Shown piece by piece: positions 53,293 through 63,309 of a stretch of DNA of 63,819 bases. The position numbers and the translations under genes were made by a program. Origin of the DNA: an uncultured Candidatus Saccharibacteria bacterium (GTDB lineage: Bacteria > Patescibacteriota > Minisyncoccia > Phycocordibacterales > UBA5272); contig CAZFBW010000004.1 of the NCBI GenBank assembly GCA_964517625.1, positions 1 through 63,819 on the forward strand, given 5' to 3'. Below the pieces are notes generated by a model. That model ran no database searches, was not told where the DNA came from, and saw only the letters and a program-made list of their open reading frames with translations. Numbering within the stretch: the first letter of the stretch is position 1; each line of letters begins with the position of its first letter.

Positions 53293-53889
53293 TTATTGGT
53301 TTTTAGTAATCTTTCTTAAAAAAAGCTCCCGATGCTCAACTGTCTTCCCAAACACAAGAATTGCTTCAACATGTTCCCTCGTCCCATAGCCAACATGCCT
53401 CTCAAAGCCATATTTTTCATGCTTTTTTGCAAGCTTTTTCATGTATGTATCGCGCAAGACTTTTGCGACAATTGAAGCACAGGCAATGACGGGCACCTTC
53501 TCGTCCCCTTTGATGATAGTGGTTTGTTTTGTATATGTATCTGGTGCTTTAAGTCCGCCGTCAAGAAAGATAGCATCTTTAGTATTTTTGGAAATTCCTT
53601 TAAGTGCGGAGGTAACTGCACTTTGTATGCCCTTAGTAATCCCCTCTTTGTCTATTTTTTTTGGAGTTACTTTTCCGATTGACCAGACCACTTTCCCCTC
53701 CTGTTGTAAGGTGGACAAGCGTTTAAAAATCTCAACCCTCCCCTTTTCGCTTAATTTCTTTGAATCTTTAAGAATTTTTTTTGGAAACAGTTTTAGGAGT
53801 TCTTTATCTAGCAGGTTTGTACCAAAAGCGCAGACGTACAATGGTCCAGCGAGTGCTCCCCTCCCCACTTCATCGATGCCTATTCTCAT
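53293..53889 (-). CDS. rnhB: Ribonuclease HII
   Basis: GIDEVGRGALAGPL and DSKKLS motifs. Confidence 0.9.
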   Translation of the reverse strand: MRIGIDEVGRGALAGPLYVCAFGTNLLDKELLKLFPKKILKDSKKLSEKGRVEIFKRLSTLQQEGKVVWSIGKVTPKKIDKEGITKGIQSAVTSALKGISKNTKDAIFLDGGLKAPDTYTKQTTIIKGDEKVPVIACASIVAKVLRDTYMKKLAKKHEKYGFERHVGYGTREHVEAILVFGKTVEHRELFLRKITKNQ

Positions 53890-53945
53890 GGAAACAAGTA
53901 TACACGTAAATATTGTGCGACATTAAGGTATACTATATTTCATCC

Positions 53946-54884
53946 ATGCATTCACTCTCATCACTTAAAGACGATTTTTTGCAATATATTGAAATTGAAA
54001 AAGGCCGTTCGGCACTTACGGTTAGAAATTATGACCACTACCTCACTAGGTTTTTAGAGTTTGTTAAGGTAGAAGCACCAAATGATATTACAGAAACGAT
54101 GATGCGCGAGTATCGCGTGTATTTGAATCGTCATCCGGCGCGCGCGCAGAAGAAGGGTCAAATGGTAGAAACGCTCGATAAGAAAACACAAAACTACCAC
54201 TTGATTGCACTTCGTGCTTTTCTTAAATACATGCGCAAGCGCGGAGTCCTGTCATACGACCCAGAACGCATTGAACTTGCTAAAACAAAAGAGCGCGAAC
54301 TTGATTTAATTTCCGACAGAGAATTGCAGAATCTTTTAAATGCACCAGACGCAACAACTGTTGCCGGGCTTCGCGACCGAGCAATGCTTGAACTATTGTT
54401 TTCAACCGGGCTTCGTGTGTCGGAACTTTGCTCACTTAATCGCGATGTCGATTTTCGTTTAGGAGAAATTTCTATTCGCGGAAAGGGTGGAAAAATCCGC
54501 GTGGTATTTATTTCTCAAGTTGCCGCAGAAGCAGTAAAAAAATATTTGGAAGCGCGGGTGGATATTGATGACGCAATGTTTATCGATCACTCCCCTCGCG
54601 CACGTTCGCGTATGGAAAAAGAAGAATCAATTCGGCTTACTCCGCGTTCGGTTGAGCGCACCGTTGAGAAGTATGCAACCTTTGCTGGTATTGCGAAGAA
54701 ATGCACCCCGCACGTACTTCGCCACTCGTTTGCAACTGACCTTTTGTATAATGGTGCTGATTTGCGCACCGTGCAGATGATGCTCGGACATGCTTCCATT
54801 GTGACCACCCAGATTTATACGAATGTGACGAACAAATTCCTTCGCGACCAACACGAAAAGTTTCATTCAAAGAGGAAGAAATAA
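53946..54884 (+). CDS. Tyrosine recombinase XerC/XerD family
   Basis: N-terminal SAM-like core-binding domain. Catalytic residues in context: R (GLRVSEL), HVLRHSFAT, LGHASIVTTQIYT. Confidence 0.85.
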   Translation: MHSLSSLKDDFLQYIEIEKGRSALTVRNYDHYLTRFLEFVKVEAPNDITETMMREYRVYLNRHPARAQKKGQMVETLDKKTQNYHLIALRAFLKYMRKRGVLSYDPERIELAKTKERELDLISDRELQNLLNAPDATTVAGLRDRAMLELLFSTGLRVSELCSLNRDVDFRLGEISIRGKGGKIRVVFISQVAAEAVKKYLEARVDIDDAMFIDHSPRARSRMEKEESIRLTPRSVERTVEKYATFAGIAKKCTPHVLRHSFATDLLYNGADLRTVQMMLGHASIVTTQIYTNVTNKFLRDQHEKFHSKRKK

Positions 54885-54955
54885 AATTAGACAAAGATTC
54901 TTTTTGGGTGTAGAGTTTTTGTGAAGAGTACACCACCACATAAGGAGTAATCAGC

Positions 54956-55174
54956 ATGAAACCCAAGATTTACCCAGACGGCCGGTGCGAAACTTGCCAT
55001 CGCCATGGCTTGAAGGTCTGCCTTACGGAAGGATGCATCAACTGCACCGGTGCCAAGCAGGTATCACTGCCTGATTCGGCGCCCACCCGGTCTTGCCATG
55101 ACGAGGGCTGTGGCAAGCGAGAAGACGAAGTTTGTTGGAAAAGGAATTGCGGTCGCCCCGGCGCCGGAGAATAA
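54956..55174 (+). CDS. GC-rich, Cys-rich 72-aa protein of unknown function
   Basis: Good SD (AAGGAG) 8 nt upstream. Nine Cys, including CETCHRH, CLTEGCINC and CHDEGC. Local GC is clearly above the flanks (34 of 60 at 54981-55040). A hairpin follows. Confidence 0.5.
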   Translation: MKPKIYPDGRCETCHRHGLKVCLTEGCINCTGAKQVSLPDSAPTRSCHDEGCGKREDEVCWKRNCGRPGAGE

Positions 55175-55244
55175 GAGGTGTTTCAAGGAGAGGTTCCCCC
55201 CCCTCCTTTTTCTTTTGTCTATTTTTATATACACTGCAACTACT

Positions 55245-56009
55245 ATGAAACTCATCTTGTGGAATGTAAACGGCATTCGCGCCTCACAAAAAAAGGGAGC
55301 GCTCGATTCAATTTTTGCGCAGAAACCAGATATCTTAGCAATCAATGAAACAAAATGTACTCCCGACCAGTTACCAGAAAACAAATTTGCTCCGGACGGA
55401 TATCAAGCTTACTTTGATTCGGCAACGGAGCGCAAAGGATACTCAGGTGTTGCAGTCTACACCAAGGTTGCACCACACAAAGTTGAACATGGCCTAGGTA
55501 TCAAAGAGATGGACCATGAGGGTAGAATCCTCACACTTCACTTCGATGATTTTGTATTTGTAACCTGTTACTTTCCAAATGGTGGACGCGATGAAGAACA
55601 TTTCCAGTTCAAACTAGATTACTACGAGAAGTTTTTAAAGCATGTTAAGAAGCTAGCGGAGAAACATGAACGGGTAATTTTTTGCGGAGACTTAAATGTG
55701 GCGCACAATGAAATTGACATTGCTCGTCCGAAAGAAAACAGTAATCAAATTGGTTTTCTTCCTGTTGAACGTGCATGGGTAGATAAAGTTGAGAGTGCTG
55801 GATTTGTGGATACGTTTCGTGCGCTTCATCCGGAGACGGTGAGGTATAGTTGGTGGGACCAAAAGACGCGCTCTCGGGAGAGAAATGTCGGCTGGAGAAT
55901 TGATTATTTTTTTGTGAACCAAGAAATGTTCCATGAAGTGAAGAAGGCAGATATTCTTGTGGATATTGAAGGGAGTGACCACGCACCAATTGTGCTTGAG
56001 TTGAAATAA
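55245..56009 (+). CDS. xth: Exodeoxyribonuclease III (AP endonuclease)
   Basis: MKLILWNVNGIRA, NETK, GDLNVAH, SDHAP. Confidence 0.9.
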   Translation: MKLILWNVNGIRASQKKGALDSIFAQKPDILAINETKCTPDQLPENKFAPDGYQAYFDSATERKGYSGVAVYTKVAPHKVEHGLGIKEMDHEGRILTLHFDDFVFVTCYFPNGGRDEEHFQFKLDYYEKFLKHVKKLAEKHERVIFCGDLNVAHNEIDIARPKENSNQIGFLPVERAWVDKVESAGFVDTFRALHPETVRYSWWDQKTRSRERNVGWRIDYFFVNQEMFHEVKKADILVDIEGSDHAPIVLELK

Positions 56010-56048
56010 AACATCCGCCATGTGGCGGATATTTTATTTTGAGACGTA

Positions 56049-56711
56049 TTATCGATTTGTTGATGTTCCTTTCTTGCGAGCATCTTCAATTTTTTGTTTT
56101 GCTTCCTCGCGGATGTTTTTTACCTCATCTCTTTTTTCATCGTGGTCTTCTTTACGGTCTTCTCGTTTATCTTCACGTTCTTCCTTTCTGTCTTCTTGCT
56201 CCTTCTTTCTCAATTCTTTCTTTTTTGCAGATTCTTCTTTCTTTGCCTTTACTTGCGCTTCAAGGGAAGCTTTCTTTGCATCTCGGCAGAGACGAATGTC
56301 TTTATCAAATGTTTCTCGCGCGGTCTCACGGGCAACTTTCAGTGTTTTTTGTGCCGCTTTTACTGCTGTTTTGTAGTCTTCCGCAATCTTTTTCTTTGCT
56401 ACTTTCTGTGCTGTTGCATCAGTTGTTGAAGCAGCGGCTGTTAGCGCGTCTGTACGCGCTTTTTGTGCTGTTTCCATGGCGGTGTTGTAAGCTCCGCGCG
56501 CAGTACTGATTGCTCCATCGCGCTTAGTAAGCGCTGTTTGCCAACAAGCAGTAAACGCTGCGTTGATTGCTGTGTTTGTAAGAACGGTTGACGTTGCCTG
56601 TGTTGACGTGCTCGTCGTTGAGGTACTTGTTGTCGTTGTACTTGTCTGTGCCGAAGCAAAGAATGGTACAAGGAGCATGCCAAGCGCCGTTGTAAGGATA
56701 ATTTTTTTCAT
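56049..56711 (-). CDS. Secreted low-complexity protein (Thr/Ser-rich, then Ala-rich helical, then Lys/Glu/Arg-rich tail)
   Basis: Signal peptide MKKIILTTALGMLLVPFFASA. Downstream of the sigma/anti-sigma pair. Confidence 0.55.
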   Translation of the reverse strand: MKKIILTTALGMLLVPFFASAQTSTTTTSTSTTSTSTQATSTVLTNTAINAAFTACWQTALTKRDGAISTARGAYNTAMETAQKARTDALTAAASTTDATAQKVAKKKIAEDYKTAVKAAQKTLKVARETARETFDKDIRLCRDAKKASLEAQVKAKKEESAKKKELRKKEQEDRKEEREDKREDRKEDHDEKRDEVKNIREEAKQKIEDARKKGTSTNR

Positions 56712-56729
56712 AAGGTATGTGTACTATAG

Positions 56730-57053
56730 TTAATTGATAAACGTGTCACTGTAATCTTCAAGCATGATTTGTGATTCAAACTTCTCTACTTGTGCGTCGA
56801 TATCGCGGAAGTAGAAGTCGGGATCGCTTTCTTGTTCGAGATATGTTGGCAACACTGCGACAAGAAGGAGACACAATGAAACAAACTGAGAAGCAAGGAG
56901 CCATCTATAAGGGGATCGTATCGCACGTCTCCCTTCGAGTTTTGTTTGCTCTGGTATTTGAGAAAGTATCACTGAAAGACGTTCCTTCGACGGCGATACG
57001 GTCTCCTTATACATAGCAAGCGATTGTTCTATTGTGTTTAATCCTTTAGTCAT
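56730..57053 (-). CDS. Putative single-pass anti-sigma factor
   Basis: 107 aa with a central TM helix. Overlaps the stop of the ECF sigma gene by 8 nt. Confidence 0.45.
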   Translation of the reverse strand: MTKGLNTIEQSLAMYKETVSPSKERLSVILSQIPEQTKLEGRRAIRSPYRWLLASQFVSLCLLLVAVLPTYLEQESDPDFYFRDIDAQVEKFESQIMLEDYSDTFIN

Positions 57054-57642
57054 GTAAGTGTTTGGTAAGGGTACGGAGCTTGCGAAGTGCCCGCTCTTTT
57101 ATTTTTCTCACGTTCGCCTCCTCTTTATGGAGAACGAAAGCAATTTCTTTATGCGAGAGTTCTGCATAATAGAAAAGTCTAATGATTTCCTCTTCATCTT
57201 CGCCTAAGCGGGGAAGATAGTCATTGATTTTTTCTGCAAGAAACGCGGTATGCGCTTCTCCGAAAGTATCAACAGAATCATCTTCCACTTGTTCAAACAT
57301 TTCGTCATCTAAAGGTATGTATGTTTTTCGTGTTCCTTCATTGATGATGAGACGTTTGCCGATGGTGAAGAGATAAGCAAGGAGACTTCCCTCACCCTCC
57401 CTGTGTTCATATCGAGGAAGGGCTTCATAGAAGCGCAAGAATACATGTTGAGAAATGTCTTCTGCTTTTTCTTTATTGCCTGTGCGAGAGTAAATGTACC
57501 GATACAGCGGGGAGTAGACGCGAGTATAGATTTCTTCAAAAGCTTTGGCGTCTCCGCTTTTTGCCTTATGAATAATATGTTTCAACTCTTCGGTGTCCCC
57601 CGTACTAGAGATAACCGGCTTATTTGGATTCTGTGACAGCAT
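57046..57642 (-). CDS. ECF-type RNA polymerase sigma-70 family factor
   Basis: Region 2 (AFEEIY....PLYRYIY....N.E.AEDI.Q.VF...) and region 4 HTH (LSHKEIA..L...E..V....RAL.KLR). Start assumed at 57642, a 23-nt overlap with the pgk end. Confidence 0.8.
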   Translation of the reverse strand: MLSQNPNKPVISSTGDTEELKHIIHKAKSGDAKAFEEIYTRVYSPLYRYIYSRTGNKEKAEDISQHVFLRFYEALPRYEHREGEGSLLAYLFTIGKRLIINEGTRKTYIPLDDEMFEQVEDDSVDTFGEAHTAFLAEKINDYLPRLGEDEEEIIRLFYYAELSHKEIAFVLHKEEANVRKIKERALRKLRTLTKHLHD

Positions 57643-58753
57643 TGATGCCAACCAGTGTACCAGAGGCAAGGAAATCAAGCATGGCGCCTCCGCCAAGCGA
57701 AACAAACCCTATTTTTTCAAGGCAATTTACCTTTGCCGCTGCTGCGACCGTATCCCCCCCGCCGATATAGGTAACATCCTTTGGTCTTTCACCTAGTTTT
57801 GTGAGGACATATTCTGTTCCGTGCATCCACCCCTTTTCATACAACCCAAGTGGTCCATTCATGATAATAGTTTCTGATTCTGCTATCGGCTTTTCAAGCA
57901 TTTCAAGTGTTTTTTGTCCGCAGTCGATGATGATACCGTCCTCTGGAACCTTGTCTACGGAAACAGTTTCTCCTGTGGTTAAAACAACATCAAGTGGAGT
58001 TAGTAGGTGCGGATGGTTAGCCACATCTTGTGGAACACTTGAATCCTTATCAAACAAACTTTGTCCGATAGCAATTCCACGCGCTTTAAAAATATTGTGT
58101 ACCATTGCACCTCCGACAAATACGTTTACCCCCTGGTCAAGGTAGCGATTGATAAGCGAAAGCTTAGTTGAAATTTTTGCTCCTCCGATAATAAGAAGTG
58201 CGGGCATTTTTGGATGAAGAATTGGGGAGAGGTGTGTTAGTTCATTTGCGCATGTTGGGCCGATGAAGGAGAGAAGAAATTCCGGAATACCGACAACGCT
58301 CGCATGCTTTCTGTGCGACACTGAAAAAGCATCATTGATGAAGATATCACCAAGAGAAGCAAACGCTTTCGCAAGGGTTGGAACATTTTCCACCTCACCT
58401 GGGAACAGGCGAACGTTTTCAACAAGCACTGCGTTTCCTGGTGTGAGTGCCGAGACAGCTTGTCCGATTTCGTCTAGGTTTGTGCTTTTAACAAACGTCA
58501 CAAACGACAGTCTGCGCGTAAGCTCTTTTCCAACAACCTCAAGGGATTCTCCTTTTTCTCCGAAATGAGAAAGTAAAATAAGTTTTGCTCCTGCAAATGA
58601 TAGCTTGGTGAGAAAGGGAATCACCGCGTCCATTCTGGTCGTATCGGTGATGACACCATTTTCAACAGGAATATTTAAATCAAGGCGCACGATGACGCGC
58701 TTGCCTTTTGTCATCTCAAAATCAGTAAAAACTTTTTCTTGCCAAGTAGCCAT
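57620..58753 (-). CDS. pgk: Phosphoglycerate kinase
   Basis: RVIVRLDLNIP...G.ITD..R, SHFG and GGGDT motifs. Start set at the internal ATG (58753), downstream of the tpiA stop. Confidence 0.9.
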   Translation of the reverse strand: MATWQEKVFTDFEMTKGKRVIVRLDLNIPVENGVITDTTRMDAVIPFLTKLSFAGAKLILLSHFGEKGESLEVVGKELTRRLSFVTFVKSTNLDEIGQAVSALTPGNAVLVENVRLFPGEVENVPTLAKAFASLGDIFINDAFSVSHRKHASVVGIPEFLLSFIGPTCANELTHLSPILHPKMPALLIIGGAKISTKLSLINRYLDQGVNVFVGGAMVHNIFKARGIAIGQSLFDKDSSVPQDVANHPHLLTPLDVVLTTGETVSVDKVPEDGIIIDCGQKTLEMLEKPIAESETIIMNGPLGLYEKGWMHGTEYVLTKLGERPKDVTYIGGGDTVAAAAKVNCLEKIGFVSLGGGAMLDFLASGTLVGINAVTESK

Positions 58754-58772
58754 AGAGGTAATGAACAAATAA

Positions 58773-59543
58773 TTATCGTTTGTAATTGCACGAATCAATA
58801 ATGTCGGCAAAGGTTGAGGCGCTCGTTGACGCGCGACCAATTAAGAGTCCATCAACGCCCCCTTCTTTCAAAAAGGTCACTGCATTTTCTTTTGTTACAG
58901 TTCCGCCGTAGAGTATGGAAACTTTTTTCGCGTGATCGATACCAACCAACGAGGCAAGTGCGCGACGAAGTGCGATCACTGCTTCAAAGCATTCGCTTGG
59001 TGTTGCGGCGACGTCTTTGCCGATTGCCCAAATCGGTTCGTAAGCGATAATCAAGTTATCAAAGAGTGTGCGGTTAACAAGCGACACGTTGTTTCGCAAT
59101 TCTTCTTCTAGACGCGCGATGTATCCTCCTTCACGGTCACGCTCTTGTTCGCCAATGCAAAGCACGGTCATCATTTTTTCGGAAAGCGAGGCAGAGAGTT
59201 TTTTAGCAATCTCTTCTCCAGTTTCTCCGCGAGCACGAACTTCGCTGTGGCCAAGCAAAGTAAAGGTAGCTCCGGCCGATTTTGTCATGCGCACTGTTTG
59301 GAGGCCGGTGTATGCGCCAAGTGAAAGTCCAGAAACATTTTCTGCACCAATTGTTCCATATTTCGAGACTTCATTAAGTGGGTATACAAAAAGATCTGGT
59401 ACAGCAAGGTAGTATCCACTTTTTGCCTTTTTTTTAGCGACAAGCTTTTTTTCAAGTGTTTTAATGAAGGTAACACCTTCTTTAAGCGTTGCTGGAGAAG
59501 ATTTCCAGTTTCCAACAATGATTGGAACGGCTCGTTTTTTCAT
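58773..59543 (-). CDS. tpiA: Triosephosphate isomerase
   Basis: GNWK, LLGHSEVR, AYEPIWAIG, YGG.V. Confidence 0.9.
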   Translation of the reverse strand: MKKRAVPIIVGNWKSSPATLKEGVTFIKTLEKKLVAKKKAKSGYYLAVPDLFVYPLNEVSKYGTIGAENVSGLSLGAYTGLQTVRMTKSAGATFTLLGHSEVRARGETGEEIAKKLSASLSEKMMTVLCIGEQERDREGGYIARLEEELRNNVSLVNRTLFDNLIIAYEPIWAIGKDVAATPSECFEAVIALRRALASLVGIDHAKKVSILYGGTVTKENAVTFLKEGGVDGLLIGRASTSASTFADIIDSCNYKR

Positions 59544-59634
59544 ACGGAAAAGTATAGCATGCACAAAACATCATCCATAGCGGAGGCGTTATCCTTAGGC
59601 GCTTCTCTCTAAAATAGTGTATTATTTGATATAT

Positions 59635-61254
59635 ATGAAAACTTTTCTATTAGGGGTATTTGGTTATTTGGTCCATACGCTTAAGCGTATTTGGCAAAAC
59701 AAGACGCTCGTCGCAGTTATTGTCGTTGGTGGGCTTTTGGTTGTATGGTTTGGTGTTTTTTCTACAAAAAAAGGTGATTCTGAAACAGCACAACCAATAC
59801 GTCAGTCACTTAGTCAGATTGTGAAAGTAAGTGGAAAAGTTCAAGCTGCACAAGAAGCAAACCTTTCTTTCCAGGGGTCAGGTAATATTTCGTATGTTGG
59901 TGTCAAAATTGGAGAGAGAGTTCCTCAAGGAAAAGTTTTAGCAACACTGTACTCTGGCGATGAACAAGCAAGCGTTCTTCAAGCTAAAGCAACCCTTGCG
60001 AACGCTCAAGCAACACTTAATCAACTTATTTCTGGCGCACGTCCAGAAGAGCTTGCTATTAAAGAACAAGCGGTTGCCAGCGCTAAAAGCACACTTGAAA
60101 CAACCTATGCGACATTGCCTGATGCAATTCGTAATGTTGATGCATCAATTGCAGACGCAGTAAAAAATAAACTCTCCCCTCTCTTCACTTCTTCAGGAAC
60201 TCGCTACGTCATGTCGTTTTCTTCCTGTGACCAGTCACTCCAGTCAATTGTAGAGGAATCACGTTCATCACTTGAACTTAAGCTTGCAGATTTTCAAAAG
60301 AGCGCAACAGCAATCACTATGGTTTCGTCTAATGAAACAATCGACAAAGCTTTTGACCAAGCATATCGCGCAACACTTGAAACAAATGATTTCATTGCTA
60401 AAACATCCAACCTTCTCCTCGCTTCGTGTAGTGTGAGTAATACCTCACTTGATACCTATCGCACCGCGCTTGCAACCGTACGCACGACGATGAATACTGT
60501 TTTCGCAGACCTTTCTGTAAAGCGTACTGCGCTTAACACCGCAAAAAATGCGCTTGCACAAGCAGAACGTGATCTGACGCTTACTAAAGCAGGAACTGAT
60601 CAATCAAAAATTGAAGCGCAACGTGCACTTGTTTCTCAAACACAAGCAAGCGTTCTCTCAGCAGAAGCACGACTCGCAAAAACAATTATTGTTGCTCCGT
60701 TTTCGGGTGTCATCACTGATGTTACGCTTTCTCGTGGGGAAACAGCCTCTCTTGGTAAAACAATTATCAGCATGATTTCAACAAGTGCTTTTGAAGTTGA
60801 AGCGACGATTCCAGAAATCGATATCGCTAAAATAAAAATAGGTAATGAAGTTGAAGTAACACTCGACGCCTACGGAACAGCTGAAGCCTTTCCTGCAACC
60901 ATTACTCGCGTTGATCCAGCTGCAATTTTTGAAGGCAACGTTCCGAAGTACAAAATTATTGCCACATTTAAAAATGCCGACGAGCGTATTAAGACAGGCA
61001 TGACAGCAAATCTAACGATTATCACAAAGCGTATTGCTGACGCACTCACGCTCCCTGTGCGATTCGTTCGAGTGCTTGATGCTAATCGTGGCAAGGTAAC
61101 GATTAAAGAAGGTGAAACAACAAAAGAAGTTGACGTTACCATTGGTGCGCGAAGCGATGATGGTTTGATTGAAATTAAAGGAGGACTACGTGAAGATGAT
61201 ACCGTAACAGCTATCCAACCTGGTGAGCGTTCTGCGCAAAAGCAAACTAACTAA
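59635..61254 (+). CDS. HlyD/MacA-family efflux periplasmic adaptor
   Basis: N-terminal TM anchor, long coiled-coil hairpin region, beta-barrel motifs (APFSGVITDV). Confidence 0.8.
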   Translation: MKTFLLGVFGYLVHTLKRIWQNKTLVAVIVVGGLLVVWFGVFSTKKGDSETAQPIRQSLSQIVKVSGKVQAAQEANLSFQGSGNISYVGVKIGERVPQGKVLATLYSGDEQASVLQAKATLANAQATLNQLISGARPEELAIKEQAVASAKSTLETTYATLPDAIRNVDASIADAVKNKLSPLFTSSGTRYVMSFSSCDQSLQSIVEESRSSLELKLADFQKSATAITMVSSNETIDKAFDQAYRATLETNDFIAKTSNLLLASCSVSNTSLDTYRTALATVRTTMNTVFADLSVKRTALNTAKNALAQAERDLTLTKAGTDQSKIEAQRALVSQTQASVLSAEARLAKTIIVAPFSGVITDVTLSRGETASLGKTIISMISTSAFEVEATIPEIDIAKIKIGNEVEVTLDAYGTAEAFPATITRVDPAAIFEGNVPKYKIIATFKNADERIKTGMTANLTIITKRIADALTLPVRFVRVLDANRGKVTIKEGETTKEVDVTIGARSDDGLIEIKGGLREDDTVTAIQPGERSAQKQTN

Positions 61255-61298
61255 GTTTCGTTAAGAATAAATCTTCCTGGTATACTGCACAATAATCT

Positions 61299-62624
61299 AT
61301 GCATCGCTTTTTTAACACGATACGCCTTGGGTTCTTCCTCGCTATCCGCCAAGTCTTGCGTACAAGCAAGTGGACGACATTCCTCATCGTCTTTATTATG
61401 ATGCTTACCTTTCTTAACTTGGTGGCAACGTCAGGTTTTTTGGTGGGTATTGTTGAAGGCTCCTCACGCGGGTTTAAGGAACAGTGGACAGGGGATCTCA
61501 TGATTACCAATCGCAATGAGAAAAGTCACATTGAACGAACCAATGACATTCTCTCTGCCCTCTCGTCGTTTCCTCAAATTAAAAGCTATTCTGCTCGTTT
61601 GATTGCGGGGGCTTCCGTTGAAGCAAATTGGTGGGAAAAGAGAAAAGAAGAAGACGCAAACATTGTGAGCAATCAAATTGCTGGCATTGACCCTGTGAAG
61701 GAAAATGAAACAACGGGCCTTGCAAACTATGTTGTTGAAGGAGAGTGGCTTACCCCAGGAGACGCTCGCGGTATTGTGATTGGCTCAGCCTTTTTACAGG
61801 AATACAGTCCAGTTGCTGACCTGGTATCATTACTTCGAGATATAAAACCAGGTGTTCCAGTGCGTGTCACTGTGTCTGGTGGAAAAGTGACGATTAATCC
61901 CGGCAACGAAGGCCGGGAACTTGCAACAGAAGTTGACGAGGCAACGGCAGTGACACAAGAATTTATTGTGCGTGGCATTGTTGAATCAAAGGTTGGCTTT
62001 GTTTCTTCGCGAGCATACATTTTAGACAGTGAGTTAAGAAAGATGCTCGGTAAAACTGATGGTAATGTTTCCGAAATTTCTATTGTTCTTAATCCTGGTG
62101 TTGACCCGTACCTCGTGAAGACCCCTCTTCTTGCCAATGGTTTTGGTGAGTATGCAAAAATTAATACCGCCGACGAAGGGGCGCCTGAGTTTTTAGTAAA
62201 CATTAAACTCTTTTTCTCAATCATTGGTACCATCTTGGGTTCGGTGTCGGTTGTGGTTGCACTCATCACGATTTTTATCATTATTTATATCAACGCCCTC
62301 ACACGTCGTCGCCAGATTGGTATCATGAAAGGAATTGGCGTGACAAATTTTGCAATTGAATTTTCATATATTTGTCAGGCGGTATTTTATGTCTTGTTTG
62401 GCGCATTCATTGCCCTTGTGATTATTTTTGGCATGATGAAGCCATACATCGATGCTCATCCAATTGATACACCGTTTGCAAGTATCGTTTTGGTTGCTGA
62501 ACCGCTTTCTGTTGCAACGAAGTTCTTGCTTGTGATGCTCGTTTCTCTTCTTGCTGGGTACCTTCCAGCGCGCATTATCGTAAGTCGTAACACCCTTAGT
62601 GCAATTTTGGGAAGAAATAATTAA
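61299..62624 (+). CDS. ABC transporter permease (FtsX/MacB-like)
   Basis: TM1, a large extracytoplasmic domain, then three C-terminal TM helices with the FtsX-type motif (RR.QIGIMKGIG). Confidence 0.8.
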   Translation: MHRFFNTIRLGFFLAIRQVLRTSKWTTFLIVFIMMLTFLNLVATSGFLVGIVEGSSRGFKEQWTGDLMITNRNEKSHIERTNDILSALSSFPQIKSYSARLIAGASVEANWWEKRKEEDANIVSNQIAGIDPVKENETTGLANYVVEGEWLTPGDARGIVIGSAFLQEYSPVADLVSLLRDIKPGVPVRVTVSGGKVTINPGNEGRELATEVDEATAVTQEFIVRGIVESKVGFVSSRAYILDSELRKMLGKTDGNVSEISIVLNPGVDPYLVKTPLLANGFGEYAKINTADEGAPEFLVNIKLFFSIIGTILGSVSVVVALITIFIIIYINALTRRRQIGIMKGIGVTNFAIEFSYICQAVFYVLFGAFIALVIIFGMMKPYIDAHPIDTPFASIVLVAEPLSVATKFLLVMLVSLLAGYLPARIIVSRNTLSAILGRNN

Positions 62625-62625
62625 T

Positions 62626-63309
62626 ATGAACCACACAAATCACCTCATCGAAGTTCAAGGATTAACGAAGACCTTTAAAGACGGAACAGAAATTACGCGC
62701 GTTTTGAAAGGAATTGACTTCTTTGCTAAAGAAGGAGAGTTTGTGGCAATCATGGGACGCTCCGGTGCCGGTAAATCAACCTTCTTGTATCAAATGTCTC
62801 TTCTTGATGAACCAACATCAGGAACGATAAAATTAAACGGCCACAGTGTTGATAGTTTAGACAGTGATGAACGAACAACCTTTCGTTTAAATCAGCTCGG
62901 GTATGTATTTCAAGATTATTCCCTTCTCCCAGAACTTTCTGCGTGCGAAAACATTATGGTCCCTCTTCTTATGCAAGGAGTGAGTGAAGAAACCGCACGC
63001 AAGCGTGCGATGGAAGTACTAAAAGCGGTAGGCCTTGATCATAGACCAGATAACCTCCCCTCTGAACTTTCTGGTGGAGAACAACAACGTGTTTCTGTTG
63101 CGCGTGCAATTGCACACAAACCAAAAATTTTGTTTGCTGATGAACCAACAGCGAACCTCGATAGCGAATCATCAAAGCTCGTGATGAATATATTTGAAAA
63201 ATTAAACAAAGAAGATAATTTAACCATTATCATGGTGACTCACGAAGAAGAATACGGAAAACTTGCTGACCGTATTGTGCGTTTGTCAGATGGGCTTGTG
63301 GTGAAGTAG
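62626..63309 (+). CDS. ABC transporter ATP-binding protein (MacB/LolD-type)
   Basis: Walker A GRSGAGKST, Q-loop, signature LSGGEQQRV, Walker B ILFADEPT. Confidence 0.9.
   Translation: MNHTNHLIEVQGLTKTFKDGTEITRVLKGIDFFAKEGEFVAIMGRSGAGKSTFLYQMSLLDEPTSGTIKLNGHSVDSLDSDERTTFRLNQLGYVFQDYSLLPELSACENIMVPLLMQGVSEETARKRAMEVLKAVGLDHRPDNLPSELSGGEQQRVSVARAIAHKPKILFADEPTANLDSESSKLVMNIFEKLNKEDNLTIIMVTHEEEYGKLADRIVRLSDGLVVK

Noticed and set aside
53946-54884. Tyrosine recombinase as a marker of an integrated mobile element
   Set aside because: The domain pattern and housekeeping neighbours (rnhB, xth) fit the chromosomal dimer-resolution recombinase XerC/D. No att-like repeats or cargo genes are evident apart from the small GC-rich ORF, which is noted separately.
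55050-55244. N-terminal extension of xth (ORF 55050-56009)
   Set aside because: The extension overlaps the GC-rich Cys-rich ORF in another frame and crosses its terminator-like hairpin. The conserved ExoIII N-terminus MKLILWNVNG starts at 55245.
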